Positions 1 through 5,710 of a stretch of 24,353 nucleotides of DNA are shown piece after piece. A program made the position numbers and the translations under genes. The DNA is from a virus (Duplodnaviria > Caudoviricetes), in IMG/VR virus record IMGVR_UViG_3300020370_000030, positions 1 through 24,353 of that record. One strand, written 5' to 3'. Under the pieces are notes generated by a model, which was not told the DNA's origin, ran no database searches, and saw only the letters and a program-made list of their open reading frames with translations. Numbering within the stretch: position 1 is the first letter of the stretch; every line of letters begins with the position of its first letter.

Positions 1-19
1 TAACCTATGAGGTTGAGCA

Positions 20-220
20 ATGAACAAAGTATTTTTAACTTTAACTGAAGATGAGTACAGTTTAGTTGTATGGTCACTTGAGCAAATGTGGTTAGATTTT
101 AATCCACAAGAGGAACAGGATGCTCATAATGCTATCTCAAAATTGAGAGAAATGACTGACTTTGTGCCAGCTAAGGAAGTGGCACATCAACACCACAAAA
201 GAGATCTGGACTCGCTATAA
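20..220 (+). CDS. hypothetical phage protein (66 aa); C-terminus reads through the downstream promoter element
   Basis: ORF track; GAGG upstream; stop TAA lies inside TATAAT 216-221. Confidence 0.7.
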   Translation: MNKVFLTLTEDEYSLVVWSLEQMWLDFNPQEEQDAHNAISKLREMTDFVPAKEVAHQHHKRDLDSL

Positions 221-221
221 T
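163..221 (+). promoter_or_regulatory. early-type promoter: 24-bp palindrome plus -10 box
   Basis: TGTGCCAGCT-AAGG-AAGTGGCACA 163-186, 29 nt, TATAAT 216-221; no TTGACA. Confidence 0.8.
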
Positions 222-247
222 AAAAGAGTAAACAAGGGAACAACCCA

Positions 248-454
248 ATGAGACTTGCTTCTAAAGATGGTAATATGGTTGTTGACTTCAATCCTATCAA
301 GGGTGACAACAACCAAGTATTGAAAACATTACGTTTTCGTGGTGACACTCAAAGAGAATATCCTATTTCAAGGGATCACTTCTACTATCAGATTAGAGAG
401 TATGTTCAGACTCACAAGTATGTAATCACTAACGACTCTATGGAGGTAGCATGA
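248..454 (+). CDS. hypothetical phage protein (68 aa)
   Basis: ORF track; follows promoter; ATGA overlap with next ORF. Confidence 0.8.
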   Translation: MRLASKDGNMVVDFNPIKGDNNQVLKTLRFRGDTQREYPISRDHFYYQIREYVQTHKYVITNDSMEVA

Positions 455-630
455 AAGGTTTAAATGAAGAACAGTTGATGGATCTCAACTCATACGTCAC
501 CTACCTTGAAACTTCTGATAATGATTTCCTTGAGGTTGACCATGAGATCTGCATTGATTACCTAGAGTCACAGGACATTGAGATCAATGATACTGTGATA
601 GATCAAGTCCACACTTTACTCTACGCTTAA
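451..630 (+). CDS. small acidic hypothetical protein (59 aa, MKGLNEEQLM...HTLLYA)
   Basis: Hand translation; GGAGG RBS; ATGA coupling to upstream gene. Confidence 0.8.
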   Translation: MKGLNEEQLMDLNSYVTYLETSDNDFLEVDHEICIDYLESQDIEINDTVIDQVHTLLYA

Positions 631-631
631 G

Positions 632-805
632 ATGACAGTTCAAGTATTCGACTCTGTAGACCTCTTAGTTCAGGTCTATGAAAACTACGTCACAGATCAG
701 GGATTACCATTTGTATCTGCTGATGAACAGGACAAATCCGAACTTACCATTGAACAGGTAAGATGGATTGAATCATTTGAAAACCTATGGGATCTTGCAA
801 CATGA
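632..805 (+). CDS. small acidic hypothetical protein (57 aa, MTVQVFDSVD...LWDLAT)
   Basis: Hand translation; fills the gap exactly; ATGA overlap with next gene. Confidence 0.8.
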   Translation: MTVQVFDSVDLLVQVYENYVTDQGLPFVSADEQDKSELTIEQVRWIESFENLWDLAT

Positions 806-1074
806 ACACTTTTGACTTAGATGAGTTTATTGATTATGTCTGGTCATTCTATGGTGAGCATGATGATACTCTTTATCCTATTCAGGGATTGACCAAAAAA
901 GACATTTATGATGGTTGTGTCATTTACCTTGATCGAATTGAGAAAGGTGACATTGAGTATTCACATTATTCATGGGGTGATGGAGATAGCGTAGATCGTG
1001 AGCATGTAAGAGACATTATACTGGAGAATCCAAAATTTGATAACATTAATCGTTTTTCCCTTTTAAATCAATGA
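802..1074 (+). CDS. hypothetical phage protein (90 aa, acidic)
   Basis: ORF track 787..1074; start moved to ATG 802 because of the ATGA overlap. Confidence 0.8.
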   Translation: MNTFDLDEFIDYVWSFYGEHDDTLYPIQGLTKKDIYDGCVIYLDRIEKGDIEYSHYSWGDGDSVDREHVRDIILENPKFDNINRFSLLNQ

Positions 1075-1298
1075 ACACCACCCCTTCAAACCAAATCTTT
1101 GCCGACATTGACTTCTTAGTTGATGAACTGGGCATGAACGCTAATGAGTGTGATGAGATTCTAAAAGCATGTGAGGATCTTGGAGGTATCAGTGCAGAGT
1201 ATTTCTGTGAAGAGTTTGTATTCATTACAGAAGATCCTGATGACATTCCAAGATTACATGATGACAATTATCTTAGGATTAATTGGACATTAAAGTAG
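1071..1298 (+). CDS. acidic hypothetical phage protein (75 aa)
   Basis: ORF track; ATGA overlap. Confidence 0.8.
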   Translation: MNTTPSNQIFADIDFLVDELGMNANECDEILKACEDLGGISAEYFCEEFVFITEDPDDIPRLHDDNYLRINWTLK

Positions 1299-1303
1299 GA
1301 GTG

Positions 1304-1341
1304 TTGACATATTGTAACATTTCCTGTATAATGTATAAATA
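1304..1341 (+). promoter_or_regulatory. consensus sigma70 promoter immediately followed by a T4-type late promoter
   Basis: TTGACA 1304-1309, N17, TATAAT 1327-1332; TATAAATA 1334-1341. Confidence 0.85.
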
Positions 1342-1373
1342 TTAACTAACTGTTCTTAAGGGAGTCACTTGCC

Positions 1374-1592
1374 ATGAAAACCATCACATTAGAGAACGCA
1401 GAATTCGATCTATTAACAAACCTATTAGTAGATCACTTAGAAGAAATTAGTGAGGATGAATTTTTTCATTCCTCATCACATGATGAATGTTTAAACAACA
1501 TGGAAGTGACTAAGAATACAATACGCTCAATGCATTGTGCATTAGAGGATGATATTGTATATACTGAACAGGATGCAGGGTGTACTCTATAA
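1374..1592 (+). CDS. acidic hypothetical protein (72 aa)
   Basis: ORF track; GGGAG RBS; downstream of promoters. Confidence 0.8.
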   Translation: MKTITLENAEFDLLTNLLVDHLEEISEDEFFHSSSHDECLNNMEVTKNTIRSMHCALEDDIVYTEQDAGCTL

Positions 1593-1777
1593 TGAGTGAC
1601 TCTGAGATTGAAGAGTTTATCAAGACATTTAAATCTTTTATGGATCACGCATCCATAGAGGAACTTGCTTATATGCGTAGAGAAACAACACGCAAATGTA
1701 ATGAGACATATTATAAGCGTAGAGCAAAAGAAATGCAGGTTACTTATGATTATTACATGAAAGAGTTTGTATTATGA
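1592..1777 (+). CDS. hypothetical protein (61 aa, MSDSEIEEF...)
   Basis: ORF track 1580..1777; start moved to the TAATG overlap at 1592. Confidence 0.75.
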   Translation: MSDSEIEEFIKTFKSFMDHASIEELAYMRRETTRKCNETYYKRRAKEMQVTYDYYMKEFVL

Positions 1778-1938
1778 GATTGAACAGTCAAACTAAGATC
1801 ATGCTTGCTCAGGAACATTTAGAGCATTTAAAAGATTTATTGGAAGATAATGCTGATGGTGCATTATTAACAGCATCAATTAGGGATATTAATATGATAT
1901 TAGACAGACAATTAGAGAGGTTGAATAATAGAAAGTAA
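1774..1938 (+). CDS. small helical hypothetical protein (54 aa, MRLNSQTKIM...RLNNRK)
   Basis: Hand translation; ATGA overlap. Confidence 0.75.
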   Translation: MRLNSQTKIMLAQEHLEHLKDLLEDNADGALLTASIRDINMILDRQLERLNNRK

Positions 1939-1949
1939 TGTGGTATAAT
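1921..1949 (+). promoter_or_regulatory. sigma70-type promoter with extended -10
   Basis: TTGAAT 1921-1926, N17, TGg-TATAAT (1944-1949). Confidence 0.75.
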
Positions 1950-1972
1950 ATCAATTAAGTTATATTATTCAA

Positions 1973-2206
1973 GTGACTAAATCATTATACATAGTTGACT
2001 ATTGGGTTCCCTTTCCACAATCAGAGTATGGTGGAATAGTAAACTTAATTGCTGATGATGACTCAGAAGCATTTGAGATACTAGCATCCGAAGAAGGATT
2101 CAATGAGGATTATGTTGATCGTATCATGCCAAATGTAATTAAAGCAACTAAGTTGCCCTTACAGGATGAATATGAATCAGGCATTATAGAGGCATTTACT
2201 ACTTAA
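1973..2206 (+). CDS. cyanophage hypothetical protein (77 aa, YIVDYWVPFPQSEYGG)
   Basis: ORF track; GTG start after promoter. Confidence 0.8.
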   Translation: MTKSLYIVDYWVPFPQSEYGGIVNLIADDDSEAFEILASEEGFNEDYVDRIMPNVIKATKLPLQDEYESGIIEAFTT

Positions 2207-2210
2207 AACA

Positions 2211-2378
2211 ATGGCAGAAAAGTTATGGCGTGTAGAACAGAACTACACAAATGGATGGTTATTATTAGATGAGAGTGCAGTACATCTTACAAAGGCACAA
2301 GCAAAGGAAGTATTGGAGAGAGCAATGGAACAGGGTACAAATCCAAGAGATTTAAGAGCAGTACCCGATAAACTATGA
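2211..2378 (+). CDS. small hypothetical protein (55 aa, MAEKLWRVEQ...GTNPRDLRAVPDKL)
   Basis: Hand translation; ATGA overlap with next gene. Confidence 0.8.
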   Translation: MAEKLWRVEQNYTNGWLLLDESAVHLTKAQAKEVLERAMEQGTNPRDLRAVPDKL

Positions 2379-2749
2379 AGTATGAACCACAAGTCGATGA
2401 TTATGTAAGATGGACTAATAGTTTAGGACAAGTCCATGAAGGGTGGGTATATTTTAAGGGTGATCCTGTAAACAATGCGTTAAGACGTAAGCAGGGATGG
2501 AATGAAGTATCTCAGTATATTACTATAGAAATACACAGTTACCCGAAACCCGACAATGTTTATTCGTCAGGCAAATATCACAAGCATAGAAACGTACATT
2601 GTTTATTATTATGTAATAGGGAACAATGGGGAGAATTAGAATATATCAAGAATAGGAGAGACACTTACGAGGGGTGCAGCGAGGTTACGCCCGATTCTAA
2701 TACCTATGGATACAAGAGTCAAGAAGGACGGTATTCCGACCCCCAATAG
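2375..2749 (+). CDS. cyanophage hypothetical protein (124 aa)
   Basis: ORF track; coupled start. Confidence 0.8.
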   Translation: MKYEPQVDDYVRWTNSLGQVHEGWVYFKGDPVNNALRRKQGWNEVSQYITIEIHSYPKPDNVYSSGKYHKHRNVHCLLLCNREQWGELEYIKNRRDTYEGCSEVTPDSNTYGYKSQEGRYSDPQ

Positions 2750-2761
2750 TTTGAGAGGGTA

Positions 2762-2781
2762 TGATATAATACTTCTAAATA
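2762..2781 (+). promoter_or_regulatory. extended -10 promoter followed by a late-like CTAAATA
   Basis: TGa-TATAAT (2765-2770); CTAAATA 2775-2781. Confidence 0.5.
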
Positions 2782-2804
2782 TTATTGTAAACATTTGTTA
2801 AGCA

Positions 2805-2909
2805 ATGGATTGGGTTAATATACTTAAGATGGTGGCAATGATACTGAGTGGGGTATCAGCGTTTAGTGTCCTATGGTTGACAATGATGTATTATATGGTA
2901 GATGAGTAA
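2805..2909 (+). CDS. 34-aa single-pass membrane peptide (MDWVNILKMVAMILSGVSAFSVLWLTMMYYMVDE)
   Basis: Hand translation; hydrophobic stretch; TAATG coupling to next ORF. Confidence 0.65.
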   Translation: MDWVNILKMVAMILSGVSAFSVLWLTMMYYMVDE

Positions 2910-3088
2910 TGCCTAGTAAAGAGTATAAGGAGTGGTTACTTGAACAGAGTAAGAATATACTGAAAGCAAAATACCCAGATGGTGAGTACATTGATGAGTG
3001 CAGCAAAGAGTGGGTTGAGAAACAAGTAACTACACAGGGGATTGTAAAATACTATTCAGCATATTTCATGGGAAAGAGTGTGGTATAG
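2909..3088 (+). CDS. hypothetical protein (59 aa, MPSKEYKEWL...MGKSVV)
   Basis: Hand translation; TAATG overlap. Confidence 0.7.
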   Translation: MPSKEYKEWLLEQSKNILKAKYPDGEYIDECSKEWVEKQVTTQGIVKYYSAYFMGKSVV

Positions 3089-3113
3089 ATATATTACTGA
3101 GTAAGATAGAAAG

Positions 3114-3572
3114 ATGCCTACAGGTATTACAACGGATTGGAAAGTAGAACAATTAGCAGTCTTAAAGGACAATGGATTTGTTGAAGCAGTTCAGTATAAT
3201 GTAACGTGTAATGAGTGGATTACTATAGAACCTGATCCAGCAATTTATGGTGGACATACATTGAATTCTGATAAGACTTTAGATGCTAATCATACATCAC
3301 ATAGTAACCCATATACTGCACCAGCAGCAGTTAGTTCTAAGGATGAAATATTCAAGTCTCAGACATACACAGGTAACATAGAGTTTGCTTATAATACACC
3401 TGAAATAGCGTATGATAATTTGACAGAATCGAAGGTACTTGAATGGGTCAAAAGTGGGTTGGGAACTACAGAGTGTGAACGTATTGAGAGTAGTCTAAGA
3501 CCTGATATAACACAGTACGTTACTGACCCTGTAAGACTTGCAAAGCAGGGTGATGCTTTACCTTGGAATTAA
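3114..3572 (+). CDS. small phage protein resembling tail-fibre-associated proteins (152 aa)
   Basis: Pattern IAYDNLTESKVLEWVKSGLG...IE..L and terminal LPW, recalled from small proteins found near tail-fibre genes; late-like TATAGATA at 3084-3091. Confidence 0.6.
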   Translation: MPTGITTDWKVEQLAVLKDNGFVEAVQYNVTCNEWITIEPDPAIYGGHTLNSDKTLDANHTSHSNPYTAPAAVSSKDEIFKSQTYTGNIEFAYNTPEIAYDNLTESKVLEWVKSGLGTTECERIESSLRPDITQYVTDPVRLAKQGDALPWN

Positions 3573-3627
3573 GAGAAACTGTATTGGTTGATACAATAAT
3601 TAATTAAAATAAGGTTTTAAATACCTT

Positions 3628-3635
3628 TATAAATA
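3628..3635 (+). promoter_or_regulatory. T4 late promoter consensus inside an AT-rich tract
   Basis: TATAAATA; no adjacent ORF. Confidence 0.4.
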
Positions 3636-3708
3636 TATTCCTGTGTTTTATAAGGATAGTATCCTTGAGTATCCATCAGTAACCCTCTGAGGTGTTGTGG
3701 ACTAAGCG

Positions 3709-3737
3709 AGCGTACCATGCAGAGCGATTTTTGTCAA
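3709..3737 (-). promoter_or_regulatory. leftward sigma70-type promoter
   Basis: Minus strand TTGACA (3737-3732), N17, TGg-TACGCT (3714-3709). Confidence 0.6.
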
Positions 3738-3794
3738 CCCACAGGGCAGAAATTTTTGGAAATCAGGACATAAAAAGTCTTCGAGATCTTCGTG

Positions 3795-3823
3795 TTGACT
3801 TCGTGTCTTATTCGTGTTATAAT
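3795..3823 (+). promoter_or_regulatory. sigma70 promoter overlapped by TTCGTGT repeats
   Basis: TTGACT 3795-3800, N17, TGt-TATAAT (3818-3823). Confidence 0.8.
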
Positions 3824-3885
3824 CTAGTCGAGATCTGTTCGAGATCTTCGTGTTTGCTCTACTAGATTTTCGTGTTACATTCGTG

Positions 3886-3914
3886 TTGACAATCTCGACT
3901 AGATCTGCTATAAT
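3886..3914 (+). promoter_or_regulatory. perfect-consensus sigma70 promoter
   Basis: TTGACA 3886-3891, N17, TGc-TATAAT (3909-3914). Confidence 0.88.
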
Positions 3915-3937
3915 ATCATTATACTCGACTAGATTTC

Positions 3938-4066
3938 ATGCATACAGAAACAGAACTAGATTCTCATCTGGACGAGATCTACACATCATCATATGATGAA
4001 CTAGATGACGCATATGAACGTAACAATATGTCATACGAAATGCTGGCATATAAGCATTATGCATGA
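3938..4066 (+). CDS. 42-aa acidic, Tyr-rich peptide (MHTETELDSHLDEIYTSSYDELDDAYERNNMSYEMLAYKHYA)
   Basis: Hand translation; 23 nt after a perfect promoter. Confidence 0.6.
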   Translation: MHTETELDSHLDEIYTSSYDELDDAYERNNMSYEMLAYKHYA

Positions 4067-4072
4067 ACACAT

Positions 4073-4131
4073 ATTATAGCATGTGCACTTCATAATGTGG
4101 CACAGCATGTGACAGTATGTGAACTGGCACA
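4073..4131 (-). promoter_or_regulatory. leftward early-type promoter (palindrome plus extended -10)
   Basis: Palindrome 4108-4131, 29 nt, minus-strand TGc-TATAAT (4078-4073); same spacing as the + strand elements. Confidence 0.6.
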
Positions 4132-4244
4132 TATGGCATGACACTATGAGATGTGGCATAGGATGTGCCACTTGAGAAACTGTATTATACATCGGAATGT
4201 GCCGATTTGTCAAGCGTCCTTGTGACAGTTTGGAAAGTGGCACA
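4081..4244. repeat. tandem array of five 24-bp palindromic boxes
   Basis: Boxes start at 4081, 4108, 4137, 4164, 4221; consensus TGTGMCASTT-N4-AASTGGCACA. Confidence 0.85.
4184..4213 (-). promoter_or_regulatory. leftward consensus sigma70 promoter embedded in the array
   Basis: Minus strand TTGACA (4213-4208), N18, TATAAT (4189-4184); spacer contains inverted repeat ATCGG-N6-CCGAT. Confidence 0.75.
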
Positions 4245-4274
4245 TAGGCATTAATATTTGTTACTAATAATAAT

Positions 4275-4337
4275 TCATCGCAGGGGGAGTGACGAAGGTT
4301 GTTCAGTAGAGCGACCCTGCTCCCGTCTTTGCTTGTT
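4275..4337 (-). ncRNA. candidate small structured RNA, family unknown
   Basis: GC-rich non-coding patch just downstream of a minus-strand TATAAT (4349-4344); helices GCAGGG/CCCUGC, GAGC/GCUC, GACGGG/UUCGUC. Confidence 0.4.
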
Positions 4338-4398
4338 ATTCTTATTATAGAGGATCAAATCTGCAAATTTGGTATATTTCACAATCATTTAACATTTG

Positions 4399-4458
4399 AA
4401 GGACAGTTAAAATATTGGCACAAGAGACGTAGGCAGGGCATGAAAAATAGGCAATAAT
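4399..4458 (+). promoter_or_regulatory. early-type element (degenerate palindrome, weak -10)
   Basis: AAGGACAGTT-AAAA-TATTGGCACA 4399-4422; AATAAT 4453-4458. Confidence 0.5.
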
Positions 4459-4480
4459 GGAGCATACCCGAAATTCCCAG

Positions 4481-4702
4481 ATGATTTTTCAAATTGATGA
4501 GCATACTCAGATCGAAGCAGAGTACAACCCAACAGGGGATTATGTGTCTTTGAGAGAAGTTTCAGCAGGTGGCGACCCTGTGGAGGATTTTGTAGATTAT
4601 GATCCAATCCACGGAGCGAGCAGTCAGGAGATGTCTACAATATGTGATGAAATCCTACAATCTATGAGAAACATTTACGCCCGACAGGATGCCAATGATT
4701 GA
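4481..4702 (+). CDS. acidic hypothetical protein (73 aa, MIFQIDEH...)
   Basis: ORF track 4457..4702; ATG 4481 preferred because 4457 overlaps the -10 box. Confidence 0.75.
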   Translation: MIFQIDEHTQIEAEYNPTGDYVSLREVSAGGDPVEDFVDYDPIHGASSQEMSTICDEILQSMRNIYARQDAND

Positions 4703-4829
4703 CCTCTATGAACTACTAACCCCTGATGAGTTAGAAACGGTTTCACAAATTGCACTTGAGGCAATGACAAGGGATGGTCTAACTCCAAACGTTTGGGAGT
4801 TACATATCTCTGCTGAGTTATCCACTTGA
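4695..4829 (+). CDS. small acidic protein (44 aa, MIDLYELLTP...SAELST)
   Basis: Hand translation; 8-nt overlap with upstream gene; stop lies inside the next palindrome. Confidence 0.7.
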   Translation: MIDLYELLTPDELETVSQIALEAMTRDGLTPNVWELHISAELST

Positions 4830-4876
4830 TAAACTGGCACATAAAACCCCTATTCTTCGGAGTGGGGGTTTATCAT
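4818..4876 (+). promoter_or_regulatory. palindrome, UUCG hairpin, -10 element
   Basis: TTATCCACTT-GATA-AACTGGCACA 4818-4841; 12-bp stem with cTTCGg loop 4844-4871; TATCAT 4871-4876 (29 nt after box). Confidence 0.8.
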
Positions 4877-4901
4877 TAATATTATTCACACATTCCCCGA
4901 C

Positions 4902-5189
4902 ATGATTAATTCTGACAAAGTAGGACACACATTTTGGATTGACCAGAACGGCATCTTCCAATCTGCTCCGACCTTTGCCGATGGTACACCCGATCTTGAC
5001 AATGCCATTCCCGTGGAGGATTGGGAGGGTGACGACCTTACCATTGAAGAGTTTACAGACGTTATCCGCATTTTTCAACGTCTATCTTCTCGCAGGGTGA
5101 CAGGCGTGGGCGGTACTGGTATTAACTCCGCAGGTATTCATCAGGACTCTAAGGGTAATTTTTACTTCAACCCTGTGACAGTTGACTAA
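4902..5189 (+). CDS. hypothetical protein (95 aa)
   Basis: ORF track; bounded by two elements. Confidence 0.8.
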   Translation: MINSDKVGHTFWIDQNGIFQSAPTFADGTPDLDNAIPVEDWEGDDLTIEEFTDVIRIFQRLSSRRVTGVGGTGINSAGIHQDSKGNFYFNPVTVD

Positions 5190-5231
5190 CCTGCACAATG
5201 CCCCGTTACAGGGGCATTTTTTTGCTATCAT
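5174..5231 (+). promoter_or_regulatory. palindrome, terminator-like hairpin, extended -10 element
   Basis: TGTGACAGTT-GACT-AACCTGCACA 5174-5197; AATGCCCC-gttaca-GGGGCATT plus T run 5197-5223; TGc-TATCAT (5226-5231). Confidence 0.8.
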
Positions 5232-5256
5232 TAACTTAAGTTCAAATTAATTCCCT

Positions 5257-5391
5257 ATGGACGACCTTTTATTCGACACAGTATCAGACGAAGCAATTCA
5301 AATGCTTATGGAAGATGCTATCAACGGAACCCTAACCGATGAGCAAAACAAGTCCATAGATGAGTATTTGAACGGTTCCTATGATTTTTGA
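5257..5391 (+). CDS. very acidic peptide (44 aa, MDDLLFDTVS...NGSYDF)
   Basis: Hand translation; first gene after the element. Confidence 0.75.
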   Translation: MDDLLFDTVSDEAIQMLMEDAINGTLTDEQNKSIDEYLNGSYDF

Positions 5392-5393
5392 AA

Positions 5394-5528
5394 ATGACCC
5401 AAATTACTCTCAAGAACACAAAGGCACAAATCTTTGATGCCTTACAAAATGTTAAGGATGTGAGAGAAGAGCGTAACGCCTTAGCAATCCTTAGTATAAT
5501 ACTATTCACTACCACTTGCCTTTTTTAA
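5394..5528 (+). CDS. 44-aa peptide with C-terminal membrane anchor (…RNALAILSIILFTTTCLF)
   Basis: Hand translation; 2-nt gap from upstream stop. Confidence 0.75.
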   Translation: MTQITLKNTKAQIFDALQNVKDVREERNALAILSIILFTTTCLF

Positions 5529-5529
5529 A

Positions 5530-5646
5530 ATGCAACCTTTGACATCTCAAATTTACGCAGCACTTAAAGAGGCAGAGCGTAAGCAAAAGGAAGAACTACT
5601 TTCTAATGCCCCACGCAGAAGAACTTCCATTCTAAATGATTTCTAA
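5530..5646 (+). CDS. 38-aa helical peptide (MQPLTSQIYA...SILNDF)
   Basis: Hand translation; 1-nt gap from upstream stop. Confidence 0.7.
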   Translation: MQPLTSQIYAALKEAERKQKEELLSNAPRRRTSILNDF

Positions 5647-5652
5647 AGATTT

Positions 5653-5686
5653 GGGGGGTTATTATACCCCTCTTTTCATGTATACT
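5653..5686 (+). promoter_or_regulatory. hairpin plus -10 element without the palindrome
   Basis: GGGGGGT-tattat-ACCCCTC-TTTT 5653-5676; TATACT 5681-5686. Confidence 0.65.
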
Positions 5687-5710
5687 AATAATAACAACGC
5701 AATCATTCCC

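Larger units (their letters stand above)
3780..3980. repeat. iteron-like cluster of short direct and inverted repeats
   Basis: TTCGTGT at 3789, 3800, 3811, 3847, 3869, 3880; TTCGAGATCTTCGTGTT at 3780 and 3838; CTCGACTAGAT at 3894 and 3924, inverted at 3822; AGATCT at 3784, 3831, 3842, 3901, 3975. Confidence 0.9.

Noticed and set aside
163-186. CRP-type site for the palindrome
   Set aside because: TGTG and CACA arms are much further apart than in TGTGA-N6-TCACA
631-654. Additional palindrome copy (GATGACAGTT...)
   Set aside because: Only a partial left arm at a gene start, with no right arm and no -10 at the expected distance
1310-1330. NtcA site in the promoter spacer
   Set aside because: GTA-N8 is followed by TGT, not TAC
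4031-4243. Minus-strand 70-aa His/Cys/Met-rich ORF
   Set aside because: Its composition is a translation artefact of the TGTG/CACA palindrome array, and it overlaps promoters
4081-4244. CRISPR array
   Set aside because: Repeats are degenerate, mostly separated by only 3-5 nt rather than unique ~30-nt spacers, and no cas genes are present
4275-4337. Hammerhead ribozyme or glutamine riboswitch
   Set aside because: UGACGA is present on the + strand but the CUGANGA plus GAAA core is missing; no convincing match to glnA or downstream-peptide consensus as I recall them
5636-5710. 25-aa N-terminal extension of the ArdA-like ORF
   Set aside because: It spans the upstream stop, hairpin and -10 box; ATG 5711 follows the shared ATTCCC motif
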